DNA from: a virus
Reading direction: 5' to 3' (one strand)
Virus record (IMG/VR): IMGVR_UViG_3300045690_000033
Length of the DNA: 37,774 bases
Shown here: positions 23,946-32,209 of the stretch, one piece after another
Layout: every line of letters begins with the position of its first letter
Numbering within the stretch: the stretch's first letter is position 1
Program-made: the position numbers and the translations under genes
The notes under the pieces: generated by a model
The model's input: the letters and a program-made list of their open reading frames with translations, nothing else
Database searches by the model: none
What the model was told of the DNA's origin: nothing

Positions 23946-24581
23946 TCATTTCATATTGATAACTTTATAAAAGTCCATTCCACAGCCCATCTCGTATTTT
24001 TGAACAAGCTGGAAAGCATACTGAGGAGTACAGTCTCTTTCAAAAACTAAAAAAGCGCGAAGTCGATTTTTAAAGGCTCCTTTACTCATAAAAAAGTAGT
24101 TTGCAGTACGCAAGAAGTTTCTAAACTTGTTAATTCCGAAAACTAAAGCTTCATCATTGGCCATTAAAATACCGGCTCCAAAATTTGCCCTTTTTTCAAT
24201 ATACTCATCTTCCGGAAGATAGCCTTCTTCTAAAAGAAGATCCGAAAAGGCTCTTCCGTTGTTTTCTTTGATAGGATCACAATATGCATGTATAGTTTCA
24301 TGCATTTCAGAAAAAAATTTTCGTTCAACCATCGACAAAGCATTTACTGCCAACACAATTATTCCTTCAACCTTTTGGGTTGAGCCTAACATTAATTTGT
24401 CTAAAGGTGGTTTAAAATAATGTTCAGCATAAATGGCAAGCTTGTCATCTTCGACAAATTCTTTAATGTGAAAGTTTTTTACATCTTTAACTTCTACATC
24501 ATAAAATTTAGCTGTTTTTTGTGCAATCGAGTTAGCAACAAAAGTTGCATCTCGAAAGGCATCCTCATTATAAAAATCCAT
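23946..24581 (-). CDS. ImmA/IrrE-family metallopeptidase
   Basis: HEXXH motif (MHETIHAY). Lies directly downstream of an XRE repressor, the usual ImmR-ImmA layout. Confidence 0.75.
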   Translation of the reverse strand: MDFYNEDAFRDATFVANSIAQKTAKFYDVEVKDVKNFHIKEFVEDDKLAIYAEHYFKPPLDKLMLGSTQKVEGIIVLAVNALSMVERKFFSEMHETIHAYCDPIKENNGRAFSDLLLEEGYLPEDEYIEKRANFGAGILMANDEALVFGINKFRNFLRTANYFFMSKGAFKNRLRAFLVFERDCTPQYAFQLVQKYEMGCGMDFYKVINMK

Positions 24582-24603
24582 ATGCAGTTACCAACCTCGG
24601 AAA

Positions 24604-24984
24604 TTATTTTTTCTTTTTATTTTCTCTTGCCTTTCGTTCTCTTGCTTTTTGAACTAAGAAGTCAGTGTAATCTTTCAAAGAATCTTCTATTTCTTCCGTT
24701 TCATCAGGATCAAATTCAGCAGTATTGAGTCTGAAATAGCCAATGAGATCAGAACCAGGGCCTTTATCAAGTTTAGGAATTGGTTCAGGGTCATCTGTTC
24801 TTCCTAGCAAATAATCAGTTGAAACTCCAAAATAATCTGCTACTTTTTTCAATCTATCTCCATTCGGGGTTTTAGTTTTCCATGAATATAATGAATTTCT
24901 GCCAAATTTCAATTTTTCTTCAAGTTCTACAATTGATATTTTTTGTTTGTCAGCAAGTTTTTTTACCCTGTCGAATGTTGTCAT
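24604..24984 (-). CDS. XRE-family HTH repressor (CI-like/ImmR)
   Basis: N-terminal HTH (ISIVELEEKLKFGRNSLYSW). Divergent from the cro-like gene. Confidence 0.85.
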   Translation of the reverse strand: MTTFDRVKKLADKQKISIVELEEKLKFGRNSLYSWKTKTPNGDRLKKVADYFGVSTDYLLGRTDDPEPIPKLDKGPGSDLIGYFRLNTAEFDPDETEEIEDSLKDYTDFLVQKARERKARENKKKK

Positions 24985-25017
24985 GTAGGTATTCCTTTCT
25001 CACTTAGAAACAAAATA

Positions 25018-25034
25018 TAAACTTTATCGTAGAA
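25018..25034. promoter_or_regulatory. Operator-like 17-mer A (TAAACTTTATCGTAGAA)
   Basis: Inverted copy with one mismatch at 25201..25217. Confidence 0.5.
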
Positions 25035-25040
25035 AAACAT

Positions 25041-25069
25041 TTGACATCTATTATAAAGTCTAATATACT
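25041..25069 (+). promoter_or_regulatory. Rightward promoter (TTGACA-17-TATACT)
   Basis: -35 at 25041..25046 and -10 at 25064..25069. It lies about 215 nt upstream of the cro-like ATG. Confidence 0.6.
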
Positions 25070-25078
25070 TTGTTCGTA

Positions 25079-25095
25079 AGCTAGTTATTGAGCTT
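25079..25095. promoter_or_regulatory. Operator-like 17-mer B (AGCTAGTTATTGAGCTT)
   Basis: Perfect inverted copy at 25244..25260. Confidence 0.55.
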
Positions 25096-25199
25096 GAAAC
25101 AAAACTAAAGAGAACCCATGAAAATTAAACTATTTCGCGGTCGGCAAACTTAGAAAGTTTAATTTAAAGGCTCATATAGTCTTATTTAGCTATGCTTTT

Positions 25200-25227
25200 A
25201 TTCTACAATAAAGTTTAAAAATGTCAA
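25200..25227 (-). promoter_or_regulatory. Leftward promoter (TTGACA-16-TAGAAT on the minus strand)
   Basis: On the plus strand, tgtcaa at 25222..25227 and attcta at 25200..25205. It overlaps 17-mer A' (25201..25217) and lies about 210 nt upstream of the repressor ATG. Confidence 0.55.
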
Positions 25228-25243
25228 CATTTAGTTCTGAAAA

Positions 25244-25260
25244 AAGCTCAATAACTAGCT
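25244..25260. promoter_or_regulatory. Operator-like 17-mer B' (inverted copy of 25079..25095)
   Basis: AAGCTCAATAACTAGCT is the exact reverse complement of 17-mer B. It lies just upstream of the cro-like RBS. Confidence 0.55.
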
Positions 25261-25287
25261 AAATAAAATAAAAAAGGAGAGGCTCAA

Positions 25288-25491
25288 ATGCTAATTACAG
25301 ATTTTAAAGAAATCGTTCTAATTCAAATGGATCGCCAAAACAAGACTTATGTTGACCTAGCAAGAGTAATCAATAAATCGCCAACGTATACACGCCAAGT
25401 TATAGCTGGCATCCAGAATGGTCCCAGCGCAGAAAAATACCGTCAACAAATTGCAAATCATCTTGGCTTAACGTTGGTAAAGGGGGGATAA
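25288..25491 (+). CDS. Cro-like HTH protein
   Basis: 67 aa, RBS AAGGAGAGG, divergent from the repressor. Confidence 0.65.
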   Translation: MLITDFKEIVLIQMDRQNKTYVDLARVINKSPTYTRQVIAGIQNGPSAEKYRQQIANHLGLTLVKGG

Positions 25492-25493
25492 AG

Positions 25494-25757
25494 ATGAATT
25501 GGTCGGATATCAAAAAAATGATCAATGATTATCTTGAACTAAAACTGACTTCTCTTTTAACAGGTTTTATTCCCAAAAGATATCTGAATCAAAAACAAGC
25601 CACCATTTACACAGGAACTTCACCAGGACGAATCAATCAATGGGTCGATGACGGACTGAGAGTTATTCTCTTTTCTGAGAACAGCAATCCTAAGTATGAC
25701 ATAAAAGATTTAGATGCCTGGATGGAAAAACATAAAACGAAGGAGGTAACACAATGA
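25494..25757 (+). CDS. Excisionase-like/HTH DNA-binding protein
   Basis: Sequence LNQKQATIYTGTSPGRINQWVDDGL resembles the Xis/MerR-type winged helix. Confidence 0.5.
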   Translation: MNWSDIKKMINDYLELKLTSLLTGFIPKRYLNQKQATIYTGTSPGRINQWVDDGLRVILFSENSNPKYDIKDLDAWMEKHKTKEVTQ

Positions 25758-26458
25758 CAGATTTAGTAATCATGAAAGATCGCCAAGCGGTCACAAGTAG
25801 TTTAAATGTAGCAGAGGGGTTCGAAAAAGAGCACCGTAATGTTTTACGAGATATCGACTCGTTGAAAAAAGATGTGCTCAATTTTGAGCAGATGTTTTTC
25901 GAAGCAAACGAACCTGATTCATATGGTCGCGAACGTCGAGTTGTTTATATGAACCGGGACGGATTCACAATTTTAGCAATGGGATTCACAGGTAAGAAAG
26001 CACTGCAATTCAAATTAAAGTATATCGAGGCTTTCAACATAATGGAAGAACGCATGGAACAGCAACCTAAAATTGTTACTACTCGACGCGAACAAGTAAT
26101 TTTAGCTTTACAAGCTAATGAGGAAACAAATCAGCGAGTTGATAAATTGGACACACGGGTAGCAGATTTGGAAGAAAACACTGTACTAAGTGCTGGCGAT
26201 TACGGGTATATCAGTCGCCGCATTAACCAACGCGTTGCTGAAGTTGCTCGAGGATTTGGCAGACTTACTCAAGAACAAAGAGGAAAGCTCCATAAAGATA
26301 TCAATTCAGGCGTCAAAGCAGTAACAGGCGTATCTACAAGAACACAGCTACGCAACAGACATTATGAAACAGTCTTAGACTTCATTAACGATTGGGAACC
26401 GTCCACGGCTACAAAGATGCAAGTACGTCAAATGACTTTAGATTTGGAAACAGCATAG
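25754..26458 (+). CDS. Rha-family phage regulatory protein / antirepressor
   Basis: N-terminus VTSSLNVAEGFEKEHRNVLRDI is the Rha signature. The C-terminal part is ORF6C-like. Confidence 0.8.
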   Translation: MTDLVIMKDRQAVTSSLNVAEGFEKEHRNVLRDIDSLKKDVLNFEQMFFEANEPDSYGRERRVVYMNRDGFTILAMGFTGKKALQFKLKYIEAFNIMEERMEQQPKIVTTRREQVILALQANEETNQRVDKLDTRVADLEENTVLSAGDYGYISRRINQRVAEVARGFGRLTQEQRGKLHKDINSGVKAVTGVSTRTQLRNRHYETVLDFINDWEPSTATKMQVRQMTLDLETA

Positions 26459-26469
26459 GAGGCAGCAAC

Positions 26470-26694
26470 ATGAATGAAGAGAAATCAAGAACCGAAAGAG
26501 AACGCTACTTGACAAAATTCAAGCGAAAAAATGATGTTGAGCAATTTGGATTTTCTGTTGAATCCGCAAAAGCTGGTCAAGATGTCATAAACGAATTGAA
26601 AAAAAGAGACCTGACATATGATGACGCATACGCAAGTCTCCAATGGGCGTACAACAAACTTCAATATGAATCGAATTTTATCAATATTCAATAA
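26470..26694 (+). CDS. Hypothetical protein
   Basis: ATG 26470 after TAGGAGG, in frame with track ORF 26392..26694. Confidence 0.55.
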   Translation: MNEEKSRTERERYLTKFKRKNDVEQFGFSVESAKAGQDVINELKKRDLTYDDAYASLQWAYNKLQYESNFINIQ

Positions 26695-26719
26695 AGTGAA
26701 ATTTAGGGAGAGAATAATT

Positions 26720-26932
26720 ATGAACGAAGCATCAGAAGGTATTGATAAATTATCAGAAGAAATTAATACCAAATTAGAAAAAATTATTACTAATTTAAAG
26801 GGTCAGAGGTTGAAAGATATCAGTGCCATGTTGGAAAGTGAAAAGTTCGAAATGAACCCTACTAAAAGAGCAATAATCGTTTTGCTGGAGGGAAAATTAG
26901 CTTCGGTACTTAATGAGCAATTTTTAAAATAA
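26720..26932 (+). CDS. Hypothetical protein
   Basis: ATG 26720 after AGGGAGAG, in frame with track ORF 26618..26932. Confidence 0.55.
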   Translation: MNEASEGIDKLSEEINTKLEKIITNLKGQRLKDISAMLESEKFEMNPTKRAIIVLLEGKLASVLNEQFLK

Positions 26933-26984
26933 AAGTATTAAAAAAAATAAAAGCATTCAACATAAGTTTAAGGAGGGAGTAACT

Positions 26985-27176
26985 ATGAAAAAAATCCAAT
27001 TATCTGACGGAATGCCGACAGACATTCAAAGACAAAATCTGAATGTAAATAATATCGAGCTATTAGAAAAAGTAAAGAAATTGTGTGTTGAGTCAGATTT
27101 ATCATACGTAGAAATTAATAAAGCCCTCTATCTAGTTGATAAAGAACTTTATATCAAATTAATTAATTCCCATTAA
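26985..27176 (+). CDS. Hypothetical protein
   Basis: RBS AAGGAGGGAG. Confidence 0.55.
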   Translation: MKKIQLSDGMPTDIQRQNLNVNNIELLEKVKKLCVESDLSYVEINKALYLVDKELYIKLINSH

Positions 27177-27236
27177 TAAAGTTGTCAAAATCTTTTTCAA
27201 GTTTTTCTTAATTATACAACAGAAAGGAAGTTGGAA

Positions 27237-27389
27237 ATGAAACAAATAAATCTAGCAACAACAATCATGTGCATGTTGGCAGTTCCAATCATTTCAAGTT
27301 TCAACTTGTTTGCAGCGTACGGATACATTGGAATATTTCTAATAGCAATCGGATGGGAAAATAAAAAGCCAACCGAGGGGGCTGACTAA
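27237..27389 (+). CDS. Small membrane protein (50 aa), below the track cut-off
   Basis: ATG 27237 after GAAAGGAAG. Two hydrophobic stretches. The TAATG overlap couples it to the next ORF. Confidence 0.45.
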   Translation: MKQINLATTIMCMLAVPIISSFNLFAAYGYIGIFLIAIGWENKKPTEGAD

Positions 27390-27562
27390 TGGTGAATAAA
27401 ATGTCTACGATAAGTGAAAATGAATTAATAGAAAAATATAAGTCTTTGATTAAAGAGTATCATAAGCAAACTGGCGAATTTCCTAGTCAAATTCATCTAA
27501 TTGCGGAGGGGTGTAGTCAGTATCAAGCTGTGATATTTGAGTTGCGGAAACAAATCTATTAG
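27389..27562 (+). CDS. Hypothetical 57-aa protein, below the track cut-off
   Basis: ATG overlapping the previous stop. Its last 80 nt overlap the 3' end of the convergent gene 27483..28160. Confidence 0.4.
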   Translation: MVNKMSTISENELIEKYKSLIKEYHKQTGEFPSQIHLIAEGCSQYQAVIFELRKQIY

Positions 27563-28160
27563 TTTTTGATATCCCTCTACTAGTGTGTGTATTAAGAGTT
27601 AAGTTTTTATTCAACAAAGAATCATCATACCTAAAAATTAAAGTAGTAATTTTTGACTCATATGGCGGAATTGTAATGGGCAAAGGTAATGGTGGAAACT
27701 TTGAAAGATTTGCTACTTTTTTAAAAGAATTTCCTGAGTATGCTCGACCACCATTTGGCATTTTAGTATACGGGGATTTTATTGTAACAGTGTAATCATT
27801 GCCAATCATTGTGAATACATTTATATCCTCTTTTATTTCTAATATAGAAAATTTGGTTACAGTAACTGGCAAAGAACTATTATTTGTCAATAAAACAGAG
27901 TCTATAATTCTGTATTTATACTGATGATAAACGTCTGGTTCATCATTATTCTCTCTATCTATTAACCATTCCTCACACGGTGAAAAAAAGTCTACTTTTA
28001 TGTTGAATCTTTTAGTCTTTCTATCACTGTAGGAATTGTAAAAGGCAAAGGAAGAAAATACTAATGAAGTAACAGGCAAGATAAAGTTCTTTATGGGTTG
28101 TATGAAGATATCCCAATCTAAATGTGAAAGACACTGAAAAATATTCAAAAAAGCCACCAT
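27483..28160 (-). CDS. Membrane-anchored protein of unknown function (opposite-strand moron; candidate exclusion/abortive-infection factor)
   Basis: 225-aa ORF. N-terminal TM helix (ILPVTSLVFSSFAFY) followed by a beta-rich domain. It is the lone minus-strand gene among plus-strand early genes. Confidence 0.65.
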   Translation of the reverse strand: MVAFLNIFQCLSHLDWDIFIQPIKNFILPVTSLVFSSFAFYNSYSDRKTKRFNIKVDFFSPCEEWLIDRENNDEPDVYHQYKYRIIDSVLLTNNSSLPVTVTKFSILEIKEDINVFTMIGNDYTVTIKSPYTKMPNGGRAYSGNSFKKVANLSKFPPLPLPITIPPYESKITTLIFRYDDSLLNKNLTLNTHTSRGISKTNRFVSATQISQLDTDYTPPQLDEFD

Positions 28161-28174
28161 CCAATTTTTAAACC

Positions 28175-28183
28175 ATTATATCA
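28175..28183 (-). promoter_or_regulatory. Extended -10 (TGaTATAAT on the minus strand), 14 nt upstream of the 28160 ATG
   Basis: Plus-strand attatatca at 28175..28183. No SD is visible before the ATG, so the mRNA would be (nearly) leaderless. Confidence 0.45.
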
Positions 28184-28205
28184 AATTGAAAGGGGTTAGG
28201 AGAGC

Positions 28206-28352
28206 ATGTGTAGAAAAGAAGCGTTACAAATTGGAAAAACAATTGCTGATCGATGGTATCGGAAAAATGAAACGACTTTTCTGGCAAAACAGAACATCGA
28301 ACGTAGGAAAGCATGGGAACAAAAAAACTCACTCGCCGGCAAGCAGAAGTGA
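28206..28352 (+). CDS. Possible small basic protein (48 aa); competes with track ORF 28186..28410
   Basis: ATG after GGAG with a short spacer. Lys/Arg-rich helical sequence. I cannot decide between the two frames. Confidence 0.3.
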   Translation: MCRKEALQIGKTIADRWYRKNETTFLAKQNIERRKAWEQKNSLAGKQK

Positions 28353-28386
28353 GTATTTAAACAAGTATTCTTTTCGAAATCATTAT

Positions 28387-28426
28387 ATCACAATCAACAG
28401 ATCATTTTAAGACAATGATTTGTGAT
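28387..28426. promoter_or_regulatory. Imperfect dyad upstream of recombinase 2 (candidate core-type site or operator)
   Basis: ATCACAA[tcaacag]ATCATT - ttaagac - AATGATTTGTGAT. That is 13-bp arms (the left one interrupted) around a 7-bp spacer. Confidence 0.35.
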
Positions 28427-28457
28427 TCTATTTTGTATTCGAAAGAAGGGATTCACA

Positions 28458-29279
28458 ATGCTTGCTTTGAAAGATTATGAATTATTCCTAATGGAAAATG
28501 AGATCAGACCCAACACGAAAAAGAATTATATGAACACATTGAATCAACTGAATAAATTTTTGTTGAGCCATAGATTAGACCTTACAAAGGAGTCGCTGAT
28601 CTATTTTAAGGACCATTTAAAGAATGATGAATATATGCTCGGGAAAAAATACAAATTGAAAACAATCAATCAAAAAATTGTCACAATCAACATATTTTTA
28701 AATTGGTTGGAACGTGAAGGTAAAACGAGTAGCAGATTAACCCTAAAACTTTACAAAACACAAACTAAGGAACATAGGGAATCAATCAATGAAGCAGAAT
28801 ACAAACGGTTAATTCAGCATGCAACGACGGATGAAATGCGACTTTTCATTTTACTGATTGGAAATACTGGTGTGCGAATTACAGAAGTTTGTTCCATTCG
28901 TGCCAATGATCTCAACAGCAAATTAATCATAATTGAAAATAAAGGCAAACAGAGAGCAATTGCAATACCGCAGTTTCTGAAAAAACAATTGAAAAAATAT
29001 GCCGAAGAACACGGAATTGTTAAAGAGATTTTCTACAAACGACAGGCGACCTATCGTGCCAGCTTAAAAACGATTGCCGGAAAAGCCAAAATTAATAAGG
29101 ATAAGGTATATCCACATTCCATCCGTCATTACTTTGCTAAGTCCTTTTTGGATAAAGGCGGAGACTCAACTGTGTTGCAGCAACTATTGGGTCATGAAAA
29201 TATCGGTACTACGACTATTTATACAAAATTGAACACAAATGAATTAGGGCAACAATTCAGCAAAATAAAAAATATATAA
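28458..29279 (+). CDS. Tyrosine recombinase 2 (XerC/D-like, 273 aa)
   Basis: ATG 28458. Motifs NTGVRITEV (Arg), HSIRHYFA (H-x-x-R), LGHENIGTTTIYT (His...Tyr). Confidence 0.85.
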   Translation: MLALKDYELFLMENEIRPNTKKNYMNTLNQLNKFLLSHRLDLTKESLIYFKDHLKNDEYMLGKKYKLKTINQKIVTINIFLNWLEREGKTSSRLTLKLYKTQTKEHRESINEAEYKRLIQHATTDEMRLFILLIGNTGVRITEVCSIRANDLNSKLIIIENKGKQRAIAIPQFLKKQLKKYAEEHGIVKEIFYKRQATYRASLKTIAGKAKINKDKVYPHSIRHYFAKSFLDKGGDSTVLQQLLGHENIGTTTIYTKLNTNELGQQFSKIKNI

Positions 29280-29281
29280 AG

Positions 29282-30085
29282 GTGGCGATAGCTTTGAGGA
29301 AAATTGCGAAAGCAAATCGCGGTTTCAAAGGTATTTGGATACCAGCAAGTTATTGGCTTGATGAGAATCTAACAGATAGAGAAATCCTCTTTTTGGTTGA
29401 AATTGATAGCTTGGATATTGGAGAAGATGGCTGTTTTGCGAGCAATAAACATTTTTCCGATTTCTTTGGCCTTACTGCCAGCAGATGTTCCCAAATCATA
29501 AAAGGATTAAAAGATAAAGGATATGTTGAGGTTGAATACGAATATGGTCCAAACAAAGAAATACTAAAACGATCTATGAGGGTAGTAAATAAATTAAAGC
29601 CCCCTATTAAATATTCTAAAGGGGGGTATTTAGAAAATGCCAAAGGTAGTAATACATCTTTTAGTAATACAGCTATTAATAAAGACCATATGTCGAGCAA
29701 GCCCGACTCAATACCTTATTCAAAAATTATTAGTCATTTGAATTCAACTGCTGAAAAGAATTTTAAAGTTACTCAGAAGTGGAAGGACTTGATAAAAGCT
29801 CGTTGGAATGAGGGACAACGATTGGATGATTTTATAAAAGTTATTGATGTTAAGTCAAGTCAATGGCTGAAAGATCAAAAAATGAATAAGTACCTCAGAC
29901 CTCAGACGTTGTTTTCAAATAAGTTTGACGAGTATTTGAACGAACGACAAGCGCATTCATATAGCAATAAACGACGGAGAGAAACGGTCCCAAGTCACAT
30001 TTTAAGTAATAAAAAAAAGAAAAATGACGTAGATGTATTGTTAGAAGCAGACAAAATAATTGAGGAGCGCCGCAAACATGAATGA
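29282..30085 (+). CDS. Replisome organizer / DnaD-like replication protein
   Basis: N-terminus IWIPASYWLDENLTDREILFLVEI...GLTASRCSQIIKGLKDKGYV (phage rep-organizer type). The C-terminus carries the conserved phage domain (...YLRPQTLFSNKFDEYLN). Confidence 0.8.
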   Translation: MAIALRKIAKANRGFKGIWIPASYWLDENLTDREILFLVEIDSLDIGEDGCFASNKHFSDFFGLTASRCSQIIKGLKDKGYVEVEYEYGPNKEILKRSMRVVNKLKPPIKYSKGGYLENAKGSNTSFSNTAINKDHMSSKPDSIPYSKIISHLNSTAEKNFKVTQKWKDLIKARWNEGQRLDDFIKVIDVKSSQWLKDQKMNKYLRPQTLFSNKFDEYLNERQAHSYSNKRRRETVPSHILSNKKKKNDVDVLLEADKIIEERRKHE

Positions 30086-30365
30086 TTATGATTTGCTCAA
30101 AAAGGCGCATAATAGTTTGCCAAAAGAATACAAAGAGGTGATGGTTCCATATCTGAAAAGTTATGCAGCATTTCTTGTAAGTGGCGGGAAAGAATCAGAA
30201 CAACGGGCTATGGATCTTTTTAAACAGTATTGGGTGGGATATAAAATTTATCTCTATCAACAGAAGAACAAGTATTTTGATTATTGGGACTTACGTAAAG
30301 TGTCGTATGAAGCGTATAGAGAATTAGCCCTAAAGATTGTATCGAATAATGCAACAACAAAATAG
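30078..30365 (+). CDS. Hypothetical protein
   Basis: ATG 30078 after GAGGAG, in frame with track ORF 30060..30365. Confidence 0.55.
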   Translation: MNDYDLLKKAHNSLPKEYKEVMVPYLKSYAAFLVSGGKESEQRAMDLFKQYWVGYKIYLYQQKNKYFDYWDLRKVSYEAYRELALKIVSNNATTK

Positions 30366-30387
30366 TATAAACAATTTGGAGGTAGGC

Positions 30388-30624
30388 ATGAGCTATGTCG
30401 TGAAAACAATGTGTTACTTGGATAAAAACGGTCATGGTGTACCCACAAGTGAACACGCACAAAAATATGATGATTATGAATTAGCTGAACTTGCTGCAAT
30501 CACTGCAGGTGGTTTTGTTGTAAAAGTCGAGGACGGCCGGATTATTTCTGAATCGGCAAAAGTTATGCCTCAAAAGAAGAAAAAAACAACAAAAGCCAAT
30601 CAAGCATGGATGTTAAAACAATAA
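30388..30624 (+). CDS. Hypothetical protein
   Basis: ATG 30388 after GGAGGTAGG. Confidence 0.55.
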   Translation: MSYVVKTMCYLDKNGHGVPTSEHAQKYDDYELAELAAITAGGFVVKVEDGRIISESAKVMPQKKKKTTKANQAWMLKQ

Positions 30625-30724
30625 AAAAATGAAACATGGCATAAATCGCTTTGTATCAGTAGTTAAAGAAGTATTTAAGCACTTGCGATTATGTAGTGTA
30701 TTCGAAAAGGAATCAGGTGGAAAT

Positions 30725-30979
30725 ATGAATTTAGATCAAAAGTGTTGCTACCTAAAAATGCAAGCCATTGACCGTGGCTTTGTAATGGAAAAACAGTTTA
30801 TTGGAAATGTTGCTAGGATCACTTTTTCAGATAATGGGAAAGTCGGTATGGACATGGAAATAAGCGGAACTGATTTAGTTGTACCTTTTGCTCGTCTAAC
30901 TCAATATGCAGATGAATCGTTTGCAGATTTTGCATTAGAAGTTTTAGGTACTGAATTTGAAAAAGGAGTTATCAATTAA
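30725..30979 (+). CDS. Hypothetical protein
   Basis: ATG 30725 after AGGTGGAAAT, in frame with track ORF 30629..30979. Confidence 0.5.
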   Translation: MNLDQKCCYLKMQAIDRGFVMEKQFIGNVARITFSDNGKVGMDMEISGTDLVVPFARLTQYADESFADFALEVLGTEFEKGVIN

Positions 30980-31233
30980 TGAAAACAGTAAACATCTATG
31001 GCGAAGCTGTCGAGGGTGAGGAAATCGAATACTTAGATGGTCGGCCGTGTAATGTAATCATTTTGCAAGATCAATCTGGTGTGCGGCATGTTGTTCATAA
31101 GGAAACCGCTGACCAGAACTTTAAGCGCAAACCTAGTCGAGCGGGAGTGAGATTCGATCTACTTGGTTGCCAAACGCTTGGACGAAAAGAACTCCAAAGG
31201 AGCAAACGTGGAACCAGTAGAAAATTTTATTAA
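30979..31233 (+). CDS. Hypothetical protein
   Basis: TAATG coupling to the upstream gene. Confidence 0.5.
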   Translation: MKTVNIYGEAVEGEEIEYLDGRPCNVIILQDQSGVRHVVHKETADQNFKRKPSRAGVRFDLLGCQTLGRKELQRSKRGTSRKFY

Positions 31234-32209
31234 CAATGTTGTGCGCCACATGGAAACGGATTTAACTGTCAAACAGCTTCAAAGACTAAAAATAGTTTTA
31301 ACAATGGATGTTTCAAAGTTTCGAATCGAAGAGTCTAAGAACGAAGTTATTATATATGACGAAAGTTCGGATTTAGCCGCATACAAACAATATTTCGTCT
31401 CTCTAAAATTGAGGGGGCTTGCTGACGGAACGATCAATTTAGCCATGCGTACTGTGGACCATTTCAATCGTTACATGCGGAAACCTTTCAAGGAAGTAAC
31501 GACTAACGATATACGGCTATACATTGCAAGTAGGGATATGGAACATCATATATCAAAAGCGACGCTGAATCGTGAGCGTGGGGCCATATGCAGGTTCTAC
31601 AGTTGGTTGTTTGAAGAGGAGTATATTACTAAGAACCCAGCTACACGAGTAGAGTCAATCAAAGTTGAAAAAAGACTCAAAAAGGCATTTACACCAGTAG
31701 AAGTTGAACTGATGCGGAATGCATGTATCAAACCAAAAGAGAAGGCAGTTTTTGAGCTACTACTATCGACTGGCTGCCGAGTGACCGAGCTGACATTATT
31801 ATCGATGGATAACTACGATCAGCAGTCAGGATCAATAACTGTAGTCGGTAAGGGAAATAAGGAGCGCCGTGTTTTCGTGAACGCTAGAGCGAAAGTAGCG
31901 ATCGATAACTATTTGAAAGTAAAGCCACATTTTACGGGTCCAATCATTTGTGGTTTACATGGAGTTGGAACAGGAATGACCGCAAATGGAATTCAGAAAA
32001 TGGTCAAAGAGATATCGAAACGAGCAGGAGTTGCACACGCTCATCCGCACAAGTTCCGAAGAACTGCCGCTACATTTGCTATAAAGCAAGGAATGGAGAT
32101 TAACAATGTCAGAATATTCCTAGGGCACAGCTCGATCAGCACGACACAGGGCTACATTGATGTTAGTGGTATGGATTTCAAACAGATTCATGAGCGATTT
32201 ATCGCTTAA
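31208..32209 (+). CDS. Tyrosine recombinase 3 (XerD-like with N-terminal SAM-like domain, ~333 aa)
   Basis: GTG 31208 after AAAGGAG, in frame with track start 31163. Motifs STGCRVTEL (Arg), HPHKFRRT (H-x-x-R), LGHSSISTTQGYI (His...Tyr). Confidence 0.85.
   Translation: MEPVENFINNVVRHMETDLTVKQLQRLKIVLTMDVSKFRIEESKNEVIIYDESSDLAAYKQYFVSLKLRGLADGTINLAMRTVDHFNRYMRKPFKEVTTNDIRLYIASRDMEHHISKATLNRERGAICRFYSWLFEEEYITKNPATRVESIKVEKRLKKAFTPVEVELMRNACIKPKEKAVFELLLSTGCRVTELTLLSMDNYDQQSGSITVVGKGNKERRVFVNARAKVAIDNYLKVKPHFTGPIICGLHGVGTGMTANGIQKMVKEISKRAGVAHAHPHKFRRTAATFAIKQGMEINNVRIFLGHSSISTTQGYIDVSGMDFKQIHERFIA

Noticed and set aside
24420-24728. Plus-strand ORF 24420..24728 across the immA/repressor junction
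   Set aside because: It is antisense to two well-supported genes, its translation is Phe/Leu/Ile-rich as expected for the AT-rich antisense strand, and it has no RBS.
28186-28410. Track ORF 28186..28410 (74 aa, TTG start)
   Set aside because: It has no RBS and a basic low-complexity translation, and it overlaps the promoter of the divergent gene and the dyad at 28387. The alternative 48-aa frame (28206..28352) is listed instead, but only at low confidence.
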